The notes beneath the pieces were generated by a model. The model was not told where the DNA came from, ran no database searches, and saw only the letters and a program-made list of their open reading frames with translations. This document shows positions 46,565-55,628 of a stretch of DNA of 64,000 nt, piece by piece (the stretch's first letter is position 1; each line of letters begins with the position of its first letter). The stretch is from positions 13,142 to 77,141 of the forward strand of contig JBAYKU010000002.1 in the NCBI GenBank assembly GCA_041664425.1, written 5' to 3'. Made by a program: the position numbers and the translations under genes. The stretch is from Minisyncoccota bacterium. Its GTDB lineage: Bacteria; Patescibacteriota; Minisyncoccia; Phycocordibacterales; XYD1-FULL-46-19.

Positions 46565-47197
46565 TTAATGGCGGTTAGACAAGGCGTTTTTCAGTGTTTC
46601 GGCATCGGAATATTCGATTTCCAGACCACCCGATAGACCTCGACCGAGTAGAGTAAATTGAAAATGATATTTTTCCACTAAACCAGCCAAATGTTCTTTC
46701 AAATATTCGATGGTGTGGTCGGCTTCAGTGGTGACGGCAAAAGCTAAAATTACTTCAGTCAGTCTATTGGTACTAGCCAATTTTTCTATTTGTTTGATTA
46801 GGCTACCAATACGAATTTTTTTCTCCGGCTCTTTTTCTAGAATTGGCACTAGCCCGCCGAGGACGAAATATTGGCCGAGATAGGAGCCAGCCTTTTCGAT
46901 GGCTTCGAGGTCCGCATCCTTTTCAATCACTAAAAGTTGACCGTTGTGGCGATGTTCGTCACGACAAATAGGGCAAGACCGACTATCGTCGGCTTCGTGG
47001 CCGTCTTGGTAGAAGCGTCGGCAATCAGGGCAAGAGCTGACGAGGCGTGGTAATTCGGCGATAAGTTTGGTCAGTCGGTGATGGAGAGTGGTATCTTGTT
47101 GGAGCAGAAAATAAACAAAACGCTTGGCTTGGCGCGGGCCAATGCCAGGGAAGCGTTTAAAAATCTCGGCCAGCTCAGCAATAATTTGATTACTCAT
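46565..47197 (-). CDS. recR: Recombination protein RecR
   Basis: HhH N-terminus, C4 zinc finger (CPDC...CPIC) and Toprim domain. Confidence 0.9.
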   Translation of the reverse strand: MSNQIIAELAEIFKRFPGIGPRQAKRFVYFLLQQDTTLHHRLTKLIAELPRLVSSCPDCRRFYQDGHEADDSRSCPICRDEHRHNGQLLVIEKDADLEAIEKAGSYLGQYFVLGGLVPILEKEPEKKIRIGSLIKQIEKLASTNRLTEVILAFAVTTEADHTIEYLKEHLAGLVEKYHFQFTLLGRGLSGGLEIEYSDAETLKNALSNRH

Positions 47198-47322
47198 TTT
47201 TAAATTCTAATTTCTAAATTCTAAGCACGAAACAAATCATAAATCATAATATTTAAACATAATTTCATTTTTTAATATTTTGAATTTGTTTCGGATTTAG
47301 TGCTTATAATTTCGGATTTTAA

Positions 47323-48732
47323 TCAAAATGCTCCGAAATCTCCACCTTGTTGATTTTTATCAATCGAAACGAAACTGGTTCTGGCTTCGTCAAAGTAAAG
47401 TTTAATGCTACCAGTGGGACCGTTGCGGTGTTTTTCTATCATAATTTCAGCAATATTTTTCTGGTCAGACATCTCATTTTGTTTGTCTTCGCGGTGAATA
47501 AACATAACGACGTCAGCATCCTGTTCAATAGAACCAGAATCACGAAGGTCCGAAAGACGAGGTTTGCCACCGCGTTGTTCGACAGCACGCGAGAGCTGGG
47601 ATAGGGCAATGACTGGCACTTCGAGTTCACGAGCTAGTTGTTTGAGTGAGCGAGAGATTTCGGTCACTTGTTGGACCATTGATTCGCTGGAGGTCCGGGG
47701 CACCATTAGCTGGAGGTAGTCGACAATAATCAGATCGAGACCGAATTCACCTTTGAGTCGACGAGCTTCGGCTTTCATTTTGACAATATTGTTTGATGAT
47801 TCATCATCAATATAAATCGGAGCAGAGGAGAGGGCGGCCATCGCATCACGAATGCGCGCCAATTCTTCCTCGCTGTTAACTTTACCAGTGCGCAGTTTCC
47901 AGGAATCAACATAACTTTCGGCTGAGATTACACGGTCAACCAGCTGGTGAACACTCATTTCCAGTGAAAAAATCGCGACATGATGTTTGTGACGAATAGC
48001 GGCGTTGCGAGCAATATCCAGAGCGAGAGAAGTTTTACCCATGGATGGGCGGGCTGCTAGAATAATCAAATCTGATTTTTGGAAACCGGCCAGCTTATCA
48101 TCGAGATCGGGAAAGCCAGAACGAATACCGCGAATTTCATCGCTGTGTTTACTGAGGTGTTCGAAACGTTCCCAGGCATCGTTTAAAGTGTCTCTGATTG
48201 CCACAAAACGCTTTTTGGTAAAATTACTGGCGTTAAAAATAATTTTCTGGGCTTGGTCAAAAACGGAATCTATATCCTCGTGTTCGTTGTAGCCTAGCTC
48301 GGAGATGAGATCGGCCGAATCAATCAGGGTGCGAAGGGATGATTTTTTCTGGACGATTTCGGCATAGTATTTGAGGTTGGCGGCGGAGGGAACAAATTCA
48401 ATCAACTCAGCCAAGTAGCTACTACCGCCAGCCGACTCGAGCTGACCATTTTGGGATAGTAGGGATGTAACGGAAACAATATCTATTGGTTCACCTTTTT
48501 CCGACAAGGCAAACATGGTTTTAAAGACAAGTTTGTGTTTGAGGGCATAAAAGTCATCAGGGTTGACGACATCAACGATGTCATACAGACCAGAAGGTTT
48601 AATCAACAGAGCCCCTAAGAGCGCCTTCTCGGCTGAGAGGTCTTGTGGGGGCATTTTAAGGCGACTGGCGACAGCTGTAGAGGTGGGCACAGTCAAAGCC
48701 TGTCGGTTTTGGGATTTGAAGGGTTGGGGCAT
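47323..48732 (-). CDS. dnaB: Replicative DNA helicase DnaB
   Basis: N-terminal DnaB domain and RecA-like domain with Walker A GARPSMGKTS and Walker B LIIVDYLQL. Confidence 0.9.
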   Translation of the reverse strand: MPQPFKSQNRQALTVPTSTAVASRLKMPPQDLSAEKALLGALLIKPSGLYDIVDVVNPDDFYALKHKLVFKTMFALSEKGEPIDIVSVTSLLSQNGQLESAGGSSYLAELIEFVPSAANLKYYAEIVQKKSSLRTLIDSADLISELGYNEHEDIDSVFDQAQKIIFNASNFTKKRFVAIRDTLNDAWERFEHLSKHSDEIRGIRSGFPDLDDKLAGFQKSDLIILAARPSMGKTSLALDIARNAAIRHKHHVAIFSLEMSVHQLVDRVISAESYVDSWKLRTGKVNSEEELARIRDAMAALSSAPIYIDDESSNNIVKMKAEARRLKGEFGLDLIIVDYLQLMVPRTSSESMVQQVTEISRSLKQLARELEVPVIALSQLSRAVEQRGGKPRLSDLRDSGSIEQDADVVMFIHREDKQNEMSDQKNIAEIMIEKHRNGPTGSIKLYFDEARTSFVSIDKNQQGGDFGAF

Positions 48733-49006
48733 TTACCCTATTAAGTAAGATTTGACCTTACTTTTATTAAATTAACTTTAAATTTTCGACGAATCGCTAT
48801 TAAATACTGGCTTTTTGGTACCTTTTAGTCAAATCTAAGCTTTATTTTACAAAATAAAGCTTTACTTAACTGGGTAAAGCTATTTTAGCATGAAGCTTTA
48901 TGACCACGCTAAGGCTAAAATACCTAAAACAGGGGACAAGCGGTGGATATAAAAATAACACCAAGAGTTAAGCCTTTGTCAAAAATATAGCCGGGTCAGG
49001 ATGTGG

Positions 49007-50422
49007 CTAAATCCTGCCCTTTTTTCGTAGAGCAACACCATTATCGGTGTCTAAGACTTCGTAGCCTAGATCAGCAATCTGGTCTCGGATCTGATCGGCG
49101 AGAGACCAGTCTTTGGCTAGACGAGCTTTCTCGCGCTCCTGTGCCAACAACTCGATATCTTCTGGAATTTTTTCTACAATTAAATGCTCGGCAATTTTTA
49201 AACCTAAAACTTGATCAAAATCGAGCAGGGTGGCCAGCTTATCTGCGGGAGAAATTTCCTCATCTTTGGCTAGCTCCCAGACAGTCGCTAGGGCCTGGGG
49301 TGAGTTTAAATCGCGGTCGAGGGCTTCGTCGAATTTCTGGCGATAATTTTTATCAATTATACCGGCAAGATTGTTTGAATTATTTTTCCAATCACGAGCT
49401 TGGCTGATCAGCTTTAGCCAAGCAGTTTCGGATCCAGCTAAAGCTTCCCAAGTGAAATTGATGGTTTGGTTGTAACTGCTCTGTAGTACAAAATAGCGAT
49501 AGGATATGGGGTTGATTGCTTTTAAAGCAAAATCTTCATAAATATAAACATTACCTAGAGATTTAGACATCTTTTTGCCATCAACTAGGACGTGTTCGGA
49601 ATGAAGCCAATATTTGACGAAGTCCTGCCCGGTCAGAGCTTTCGACTGAGCCATCTCGTTAGTGTGGTGGGGAAAAGCGAGATCGACACCACCGGTATGA
49701 ATGTCTATTGTTTCATCGCCAAAAAATACACGATTAATTGCCGAACATTCGATGTGCCAGCCGGGGCGACCAAAGCCTAGCCGCTCATGGGCCCAGCCAA
49801 TATTGCCATCTTCCACCGTATGATTTTTCCAGAGAACAAAATCGCTGAGATTATCTTTATCGTATTCATCAACTTTCACTCGGGCCCCATTTTTTTTACC
49901 TTCGATAAATTTATTACCCATCAGTGATCCGTAATCGCCAAAAGCTTGCTGGTATTTTTCAATACTAAAATAAGTGCTACCATCATCGGCTTGATAAGCA
50001 AAACCTTTATCAATTAATTCAATTATAAATTTCTGAATTTCTGGTATAGCCTCAGTAACTTTTTTAAATTTAATTTCTTTTGTCGATATATTTAAAGACC
50101 ATAAATCAACATCAAAAGAGACTGCAAATTTTCTAGTATATTCTTCTAAATGTTCATTGTTTGCTTCTGACCCGAATTTATCAACTGTTCCTTTAATGGT
50201 TTTATCATCCACATCGGTAATATTCATGACCCAGTTAGGCTTTAACCCCTTGTATTTTAAAGTACGAAAAAGTAGATCGGCAAAGATGTAAGCTCGGAGA
50301 TTGCCAATATGGGCGCGGTTATAAACAGTTGGGCCACAAGTATAGAGACTAACAACTGGAGGGTTTAGGGGTTCAAAAGGCTGTTTAGACCTCCCTAGAG
50401 AATTTAATAGATTTAAAGCCAT
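49007..50422 (-). CDS. cysS: Cysteinyl-tRNA synthetase
   Basis: Class I HIGH-type motif (HIGNLRAY) and KMSKS. Confidence 0.9.
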   Translation of the reverse strand: MALNLLNSLGRSKQPFEPLNPPVVSLYTCGPTVYNRAHIGNLRAYIFADLLFRTLKYKGLKPNWVMNITDVDDKTIKGTVDKFGSEANNEHLEEYTRKFAVSFDVDLWSLNISTKEIKFKKVTEAIPEIQKFIIELIDKGFAYQADDGSTYFSIEKYQQAFGDYGSLMGNKFIEGKKNGARVKVDEYDKDNLSDFVLWKNHTVEDGNIGWAHERLGFGRPGWHIECSAINRVFFGDETIDIHTGGVDLAFPHHTNEMAQSKALTGQDFVKYWLHSEHVLVDGKKMSKSLGNVYIYEDFALKAINPISYRYFVLQSSYNQTINFTWEALAGSETAWLKLISQARDWKNNSNNLAGIIDKNYRQKFDEALDRDLNSPQALATVWELAKDEEISPADKLATLLDFDQVLGLKIAEHLIVEKIPEDIELLAQEREKARLAKDWSLADQIRDQIADLGYEVLDTDNGVALRKKGRI

Positions 50423-51348
50423 TTCTTATACTTAACAAATAAAAAGGTCGTAATCAAGCAGGCGGCCATGATTGTTAAGATTATAAAGAAACCACTGTCT
50501 GTTTTGATGATGGGCATATTATCACTAGAACCGCTCATGCCGAATATTGTGCCGATCAAAGTCAGAGGCATAAAAATAAAAGAAACCACCGTCAAAACTT
50601 TCATGGTTTCGTTAGTTTTGATCGAGAGGAGAGACTCATTGGTCGAACGCAATTCATTGAAAGTCTCGCGTTGGTTTTCGAGCATGGACCAAACTTTTTC
50701 ATATTGGCCAATAATCGAACGAGTATAGTAGCCGTATTTTTCGCCATAAAAATCTCTTCCAGCCAGATCGAGGGAAGACAAAATACTGCGATGAGCTTTG
50801 AGGGCCCATTTAAAATCGAGAAAATCGCGATTGAGCTTGGCGAGAACGGAAACGGTCTCTGATTCATAACCGGAGAAAATTTTGTCCTCAATTCTTTTCA
50901 GGTTGTCATTGAGGTATTCGAGACCAGGTTCGAGTGACTCGTAAATTTGATCGATCATATAATAGAACAACATGCCAGCGTGAGTTTCGCTACCTTTCTT
51001 TTTACTGAGGGCGGAATTGGACTCAAAGACTTCAGCAAATTCGTTTAACTGTTGGACCGGCTGGTAGTGGGTAGTGATGAGAAAGTCCTTACCGAGGATA
51101 AAATCAACCTCAAAAATTTCGCGGTGATGATCAGCGGTGTTGCCGAAAAAATTACTAACTGGAAAATGCAAAACCAAATAAATAAAATCATCATAGAGGT
51201 CAGCTTTTGGTCTAGCACTAGGAACTCTTAATTCATGAGCTACTAGAGTTGGAATATCATACTGTTTAGAAATCTCCTCAATTTCATCTCGTGATGGAGT
51301 TTCGATATCTACCCAAGTAATATTTTTGTATTTTATTTGACGGAGCAT
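50413..51348 (-). CDS. corA: CorA-family divalent cation transporter with a GMS variant of the GMN motif
   Basis: Cytoplasmic funnel domain plus two C-terminal TM helices. Signature loop reads FGMSGSSDNMP instead of YGMNF..MPEL. Confidence 0.65.
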   Translation of the reverse strand: MLRQIKYKNITWVDIETPSRDEIEEISKQYDIPTLVAHELRVPSARPKADLYDDFIYLVLHFPVSNFFGNTADHHREIFEVDFILGKDFLITTHYQPVQQLNEFAEVFESNSALSKKKGSETHAGMLFYYMIDQIYESLEPGLEYLNDNLKRIEDKIFSGYESETVSVLAKLNRDFLDFKWALKAHRSILSSLDLAGRDFYGEKYGYYTRSIIGQYEKVWSMLENQRETFNELRSTNESLLSIKTNETMKVLTVVSFIFMPLTLIGTIFGMSGSSDNMPIIKTDSGFFIILTIMAACLITTFLFVKYKKWL

Positions 51349-51418
51349 TGTTAGGATAATTATACACTATTAATAAGTTTGACCTCAAGTATTTTGTTTG
51401 CGATAATTGGGATAACTT

Positions 51419-52663
51419 ATGAAAGACTACAAAATTTATGCCGTGGGGGCGGCTGTTTTTATCATCGTGATTGGTGGTGTTTTTTGGTTAGGACTTTATT
51501 TTGGCTACAATAACCAACCATACATCCTGCGTTTTACGGGTATTTCTAGTAAGGAGCCGGTAGAGATTGCTGGTGAAGCAGACTTTGCACCTTTTTGGAA
51601 AGCCTGGGCTTTACTCAATGAAAATTTTGTTGATAACAGTACGTCGTCAAAAAAAGTTGTCACTAATCAGGATCGAGTTTGGGGGGCAGTGTCTGGTCTG
51701 ACGGATTCTCTAGGTGATCCTTATACTGTTTTTATGCCACCAGAAAAAAAGACTCGTTTTGACGAAGATATTGCCGGTAATTTTGGTGGCCTGGGAATGG
51801 AAGTCGGTGTGCGTGATGGCATGATTACGGTTATTTCACCATTACCTGATTCACCAGCTAAAAAAGCTGGGATTATGTCTGGTGATGTTATTGCTAAGGT
51901 GGGAGCGACTTCGACCGCTAGCATGAGTTTAGATGAGGCAATCAAATACATGCGCGGTCCAAAGGGAACTAAAGTTCATCTGGCTCTACTTCGAGAAAAA
52001 GTCAGTCAGCCAATAGAGATTGATGTGGTTCGCGATACGATTATTTTACCGACGATTGAAACCAAAGAATTAACTGGCGGTGTTTATCAAATTAGCTTGT
52101 TTAATTTTTCTGCCCAGTCGCCTAATCTTTTCCGCGATGCCTTAGAGAAGTTTCTGCGCAGTGGTAGTGACAAATTAATTTTAGATTTACGTGGTAACCC
52201 GGGAGGCTATCTGGAGGCTTCTGTTGATATCGCCAGTTGGTTTTTGCCAGAAGGGAAGGTAATCGTCAAAGAAGAGCGGGGAAAAAATAAAGTTGAAACT
52301 ATATATAGAAGTAAGGGTTATGATATTTTTACAAAACTCAACCGCAAAGTGCAGATGATTGTGCTGGTGGATCAGGGGAGCGCTTCGGCGGCCGAAATTC
52401 TGGCGGGAGCTTTGTCAGAAAATGGTGTGGCTAAATTAGTCGGTCAGAAAACTTTTGGCAAGGGTTCGGTCCAGGAATTGATTCCGGTGACCGGTGATAC
52501 TTCTTTGAAAGTGACAGTGGCTCGCTGGCTGACCCCTAATGGCAACTCTATTTCTCATAGTGGTATTACGCCCGATACCTTGGTGGCAATCACTGCCGAA
52601 GATGTTAAAAAGGGGATAGACCCTCAGAAAGATAAAGCGGTGAAAATGTTGTTGGGAAAGTAA
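51419..52663 (+). CDS. ctp: Carboxyl-terminal processing protease (S41, PDZ-containing)
   Basis: N-terminal TM, PDZ domain (GGLGMEVG), S41 catalytic region (GSASAAEILAG, KTFGKG). Confidence 0.85.
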   Translation: MKDYKIYAVGAAVFIIVIGGVFWLGLYFGYNNQPYILRFTGISSKEPVEIAGEADFAPFWKAWALLNENFVDNSTSSKKVVTNQDRVWGAVSGLTDSLGDPYTVFMPPEKKTRFDEDIAGNFGGLGMEVGVRDGMITVISPLPDSPAKKAGIMSGDVIAKVGATSTASMSLDEAIKYMRGPKGTKVHLALLREKVSQPIEIDVVRDTIILPTIETKELTGGVYQISLFNFSAQSPNLFRDALEKFLRSGSDKLILDLRGNPGGYLEASVDIASWFLPEGKVIVKEERGKNKVETIYRSKGYDIFTKLNRKVQMIVLVDQGSASAAEILAGALSENGVAKLVGQKTFGKGSVQELIPVTGDTSLKVTVARWLTPNGNSISHSGITPDTLVAITAEDVKKGIDPQKDKAVKMLLGK

Positions 52664-52744
52664 ACTAAAAAACTTTTTTCTCGTTTTGCAAACCCGCCAT
52701 CAGGCGGGTTTGCTGATTGATTAAAAAAATGTTAAAAAGTAGGG

Positions 52745-53182
52745 ATGAAGATTATTCTATTAGTTGATGTCCCAAAAGTGGGGAAGCGCCACGAGGTCAA
52801 AGAGGTGGCTGATGGTTTTGCCCGCAATGTCCTCTTGCCTGCTAAAAAGGCGGTGGTGGCGACACCAGAAATGATTGCCAAAAATAAACAAGATCAGGAT
52901 CAGAAAGCACAGTCTATCGCTCATGAGGATCAGGTCTTTCTGGATTTGATTAAAAAACTACGTGAAGTTGATTTGACGATTATGGCCAAGTCTGGTAAGG
53001 GTGGCCATCTTTTTGCTTCTATTAAAGCTGATGAAATTGTGGCTTCTGCTAAAGCTTTAGGCTTTGATCTCAAGAAAGATTGGATTATTATTTCTGAACC
53101 AATTAAAACTGTCGGTGAACATCAGATTGAATTGAAAAGGGGAGGGAAGTCCGAAAAAATAAAACTAGTAGTTGTCGCTTAA
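52745..53182 (+). CDS. rplI: 50S ribosomal protein L9
   Basis: MKIILLVDVPKVGKRHEVKEVADGFARNVLLP is L9 N-domain homology. Confidence 0.85.
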   Translation: MKIILLVDVPKVGKRHEVKEVADGFARNVLLPAKKAVVATPEMIAKNKQDQDQKAQSIAHEDQVFLDLIKKLREVDLTIMAKSGKGGHLFASIKADEIVASAKALGFDLKKDWIIISEPIKTVGEHQIELKRGGKSEKIKLVVVA

Positions 53183-53260
53183 AACAAAAACACCCTAGCC
53201 CAAAAAGAGACTGTGGTGTTTGTCGACTTGAAAGTGATCATTATGTTTTATCCTCTTTCT

Positions 53261-53365
53261 CTATGACTTTTTCAGGGTAAGGAAATGAAATACTTCCGCC
53301 AAATAGGCCAGAAATACGACTACCGATACTAACCCTCTGGTAATAAAAGATATAACAGTATCCAT
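53261..53365 (-). CDS. Unannotated 34-aa hydrophobic peptide (single predicted TM)
   Basis: AAAGGAGGT RBS ~9 nt upstream of the ATG. Product MDTVISFITRGLVSVVVFLAYLAEVFHFLTLKKS. Located after a minus-strand terminator at 53461-53505. Confidence 0.35.
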   Translation of the reverse strand: MDTVISFITRGLVSVVVFLAYLAEVFHFLTLKKS

Positions 53366-53520
53366 CACTCCTGTACCTCCTTTGGTTGAGGTTTAATTTC
53401 TGTCTAAAAAATTAGCACAGAGCCGAGACTAAGGCAAACCCAAAAATGTTACTTAAAAACAAACTGCGCCTCGGGTCATCTTTTCGATAACCCGAGGCGC
53501 GAAGGCTGGCCGGCAGAGTC

Positions 53521-53766
53521 TTATAACCTTTGGCATTCGGGAAATTCACCGTAGTCGTCCTTTCCCAACATCAAGTCAAATCCGACCTTGATTGCTAAGA
53601 GGAAAAGCCAACCCCAGAGAAAAACGATTAGAAAGAAGTTAGACGCAACTTCCTTCCCGTCCGAACAACTCCAGCATTCTACCAAATACCAACAGAAAAG
53701 AACCAGTCCTACGGTCAAGTACAGCCCCACCACAACCCCCGCCACACATAGCAGCATCGTCAACAT
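53521..53766 (-). CDS. Hypothetical small membrane protein (two TM helices, Cys/Trp-rich)
   Basis: ORF flanked by minus-strand terminators at 53848-53878 (upstream, after rpmA) and 53461-53505 (downstream). Confidence 0.4.
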   Translation of the reverse strand: MLTMLLCVAGVVVGLYLTVGLVLFCWYLVECWSCSDGKEVASNFFLIVFLWGWLFLLAIKVGFDLMLGKDDYGEFPECQRL

Positions 53767-53847
53767 CCCAGTGTCCCTCCGTTTGCGTGAGTTAAATGCG
53801 GTTTATTTCTAAACAAAAATTACCACAAAGGGTGTCTCTAGTCAAAA

Positions 53848-53878
53848 CAAAAACCCGCCGGTCGGCGGGTTTTTGTTT
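53848..53878 (-). terminator. Rho-independent terminator after rpmA (functional on both strands)
   Basis: aaacccgccg-gt-cggcgggttt palindrome flanked by A/T runs. Confidence 0.75.
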
Positions 53879-53888
53879 GTTGAGATCT

Positions 53889-54161
53889 TTAGATGACACT
53901 CACTTTCTTAATGACTTTAGTCTTGCCATCAAAACAAGTTTTACGAACATTGGAGAACTTGACGACGCCTGGTTTGTCAGCAAAGAGCGTGTGGTCATTA
54001 CCAACGCGAACATTTTGTCCAGCGACAATGCGAGTGCCTCGCTGACGAACAATGATTGAACCGGCTTTAGCGACTTCACCATCGTAGAGCTTGGTACCAA
54101 GATACTTTGGAGCGGAATCATTTAGGTTTTTAGCTGTACCTCCAGCTTTACGATGTGCCAT
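53889..54161 (-). CDS. rpmA: 50S ribosomal protein L27
   Basis: [22 protein letters not shown]...[10 protein letters not shown] is canonical L27. Confidence 0.9.
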   Translation of the reverse strand: MAHRKAGGTAKNLNDSAPKYLGTKLYDGEVAKAGSIIVRQRGTRIVAGQNVRVGNDHTLFADKPGVVKFSNVRKTCFDGKTKVIKKVSVI

Positions 54162-54213
54162 ATCTGTTTTTTAGTGGTTAATTTGCTAAAATATATAAAA
54201 TTTAGTAACGAAG

Positions 54214-54660
54214 ATGATTATAACCGACTTACGAGAGAAAATCAAGGGGATTAGCGACCGACTCTCGCCTCATGAGGGGGCGATCTGGGGTTTGACTATG
54301 TTTGTCGTTGGTAGTCTTCTGGTGGTTGGATTATGGCGTCTGGTGGGTCTATCTGGCGATCTCAGGCCTATTACTATCGAATCAGGGGTAGATTTTGCCG
54401 AGAGGTATGGTGGGGAACAGGGTAGAGGATTAGGGGTCAGCTCTACCCTAGCCTCCCCTACAGAGGATTTAAAGAGTCAGGACAGTCTTAGTGCCCCTGT
54501 CTCCTCTGGCCGCCTAGTCGCCTCTAAAAATGGTACTCGGTATTATTACGAACACTGTTCTGGGGTAAAGAGAATAAAAGAAACCAATAAAATTTACTTT
54601 GACAGTGAGGGCGAGGCGATGGCTCGGGGTTTGACTTTAGCTGCTAATTGTCAGCCTTAA
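54214..54660 (+). CDS. Hypothetical membrane-anchored protein with C-terminal Cys-containing Ada-like/metal-binding-type motif
   Basis: TM helix, then a C-terminal block GTRYYYEHCSGVKRIKETNKIYFDSEGEAMARGLTLAANC with the pattern YY.E.C...N..YF.SE.EA.A.G...A.NC. Confidence 0.4.
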   Translation: MIITDLREKIKGISDRLSPHEGAIWGLTMFVVGSLLVVGLWRLVGLSGDLRPITIESGVDFAERYGGEQGRGLGVSSTLASPTEDLKSQDSLSAPVSSGRLVASKNGTRYYYEHCSGVKRIKETNKIYFDSEGEAMARGLTLAANCQP

Positions 54661-54676
54661 TTAAAGAAAAAGAAAA

Positions 54677-54719
54677 GCCGTCGTTCGAATATTTCATCGA
54701 ACGGCGGCTCGGGTTTTGG
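54677..54719. terminator. Bidirectional terminator
   Basis: 12-bp stem gccgtcgttcga/tcgaacggcggc followed by a T-run. Confidence 0.75.
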
Positions 54720-54739
54720 AGAATTCTGAACTGTTCAGG

Positions 54740-55120
54740 TTACTCAAAACCGAGGGCTTTAATAATCGCTGGCTGGAGTTCGGTTGGGGTTTTAAAACGA
54801 AGTCCAATACTGTCCCAATCTGTTACCAACCCATACACGACCATACCGGCGACTGCTAATCTCTGCCGGTAGGTGGAAGAGATTGTTTCTGGGCTAGGAT
54901 TTTCCAGGGTCAAGGCTAGTAAGGTGGAGTGTTCCTTCTTCATTCCACCTTCTCTGACCATTCCAGCCAGGATAACCAGATGGTCCTTGTTGTTTTGGTC
55001 AGGGTAATAACCAATGAACTTGAAGGGGTCATATACGATCTGAGTTTGGTAGGGTTCGTATCTTTTTTCGGAGTGAAGGTACCACCAGACTTCTATGCGG
55101 GTAGGCACTTTTATTAGCAC
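54740..55120 (-). CDS. Hypothetical protein (126 aa)
   Basis: ORF with a terminator downstream; no recognisable motifs. Confidence 0.4.
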   Translation of the reverse strand: MLIKVPTRIEVWWYLHSEKRYEPYQTQIVYDPFKFIGYYPDQNNKDHLVILAGMVREGGMKKEHSTLLALTLENPSPETISSTYRQRLAVAGMVVYGLVTDWDSIGLRFKTPTELQPAIIKALGFE

Positions 55121-55628
55121 GGCCTCTCTCCTCCCAGTTTAAGGTTAGGTTTCTAATCCGCCCACAGTATAGGACTATTATTTTAAAAAACAACCAGATT
55201 GTTATTGACTTGACATACATCTATAATTCGTGTTGGAAAATGAAAAGCCAGAGGGGAGCTAAAATAGCATAAAATTAAAAAATAAAAATTAAAAATTTAT
55301 ATACCAGTGGGGAGAAGGGAGAGGAGAGTGGGCGGAGATTTTTAAGTGCAAATATAGAGGGAAATTAATTTTTTATTTTATTGGTCAAATCCTCGGGGAA
55401 GGACTTTTTTCAGTGATTTACGAGAGGGATACCATGTCGCACAACATAGATTTTGCGCGAGTAGGTTATACGACATAAGCCTGTTATTAGTGTGTAATAT
55501 CCCGTCAGTTTACTGGCGGGTATTACGCTAAAATCCTGTTATCGGCGGTGGCCGATTCCTATTCTAAAAAAACAGCCCTGGTTCCACGCGCCGAATATCC
55601 CCCCCCCAATTGAGTGCGTGGGCTTGTT

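Noticed and set aside
47198-47322. Tandem AATTCTA / TTTCGGATT repeats between recR and dnaB
   Set aside because: This is short, AT-rich low-complexity repetition in a 125-bp spacer. No inverted symmetry or recognisable motif was seen, so it is not reported as a feature.
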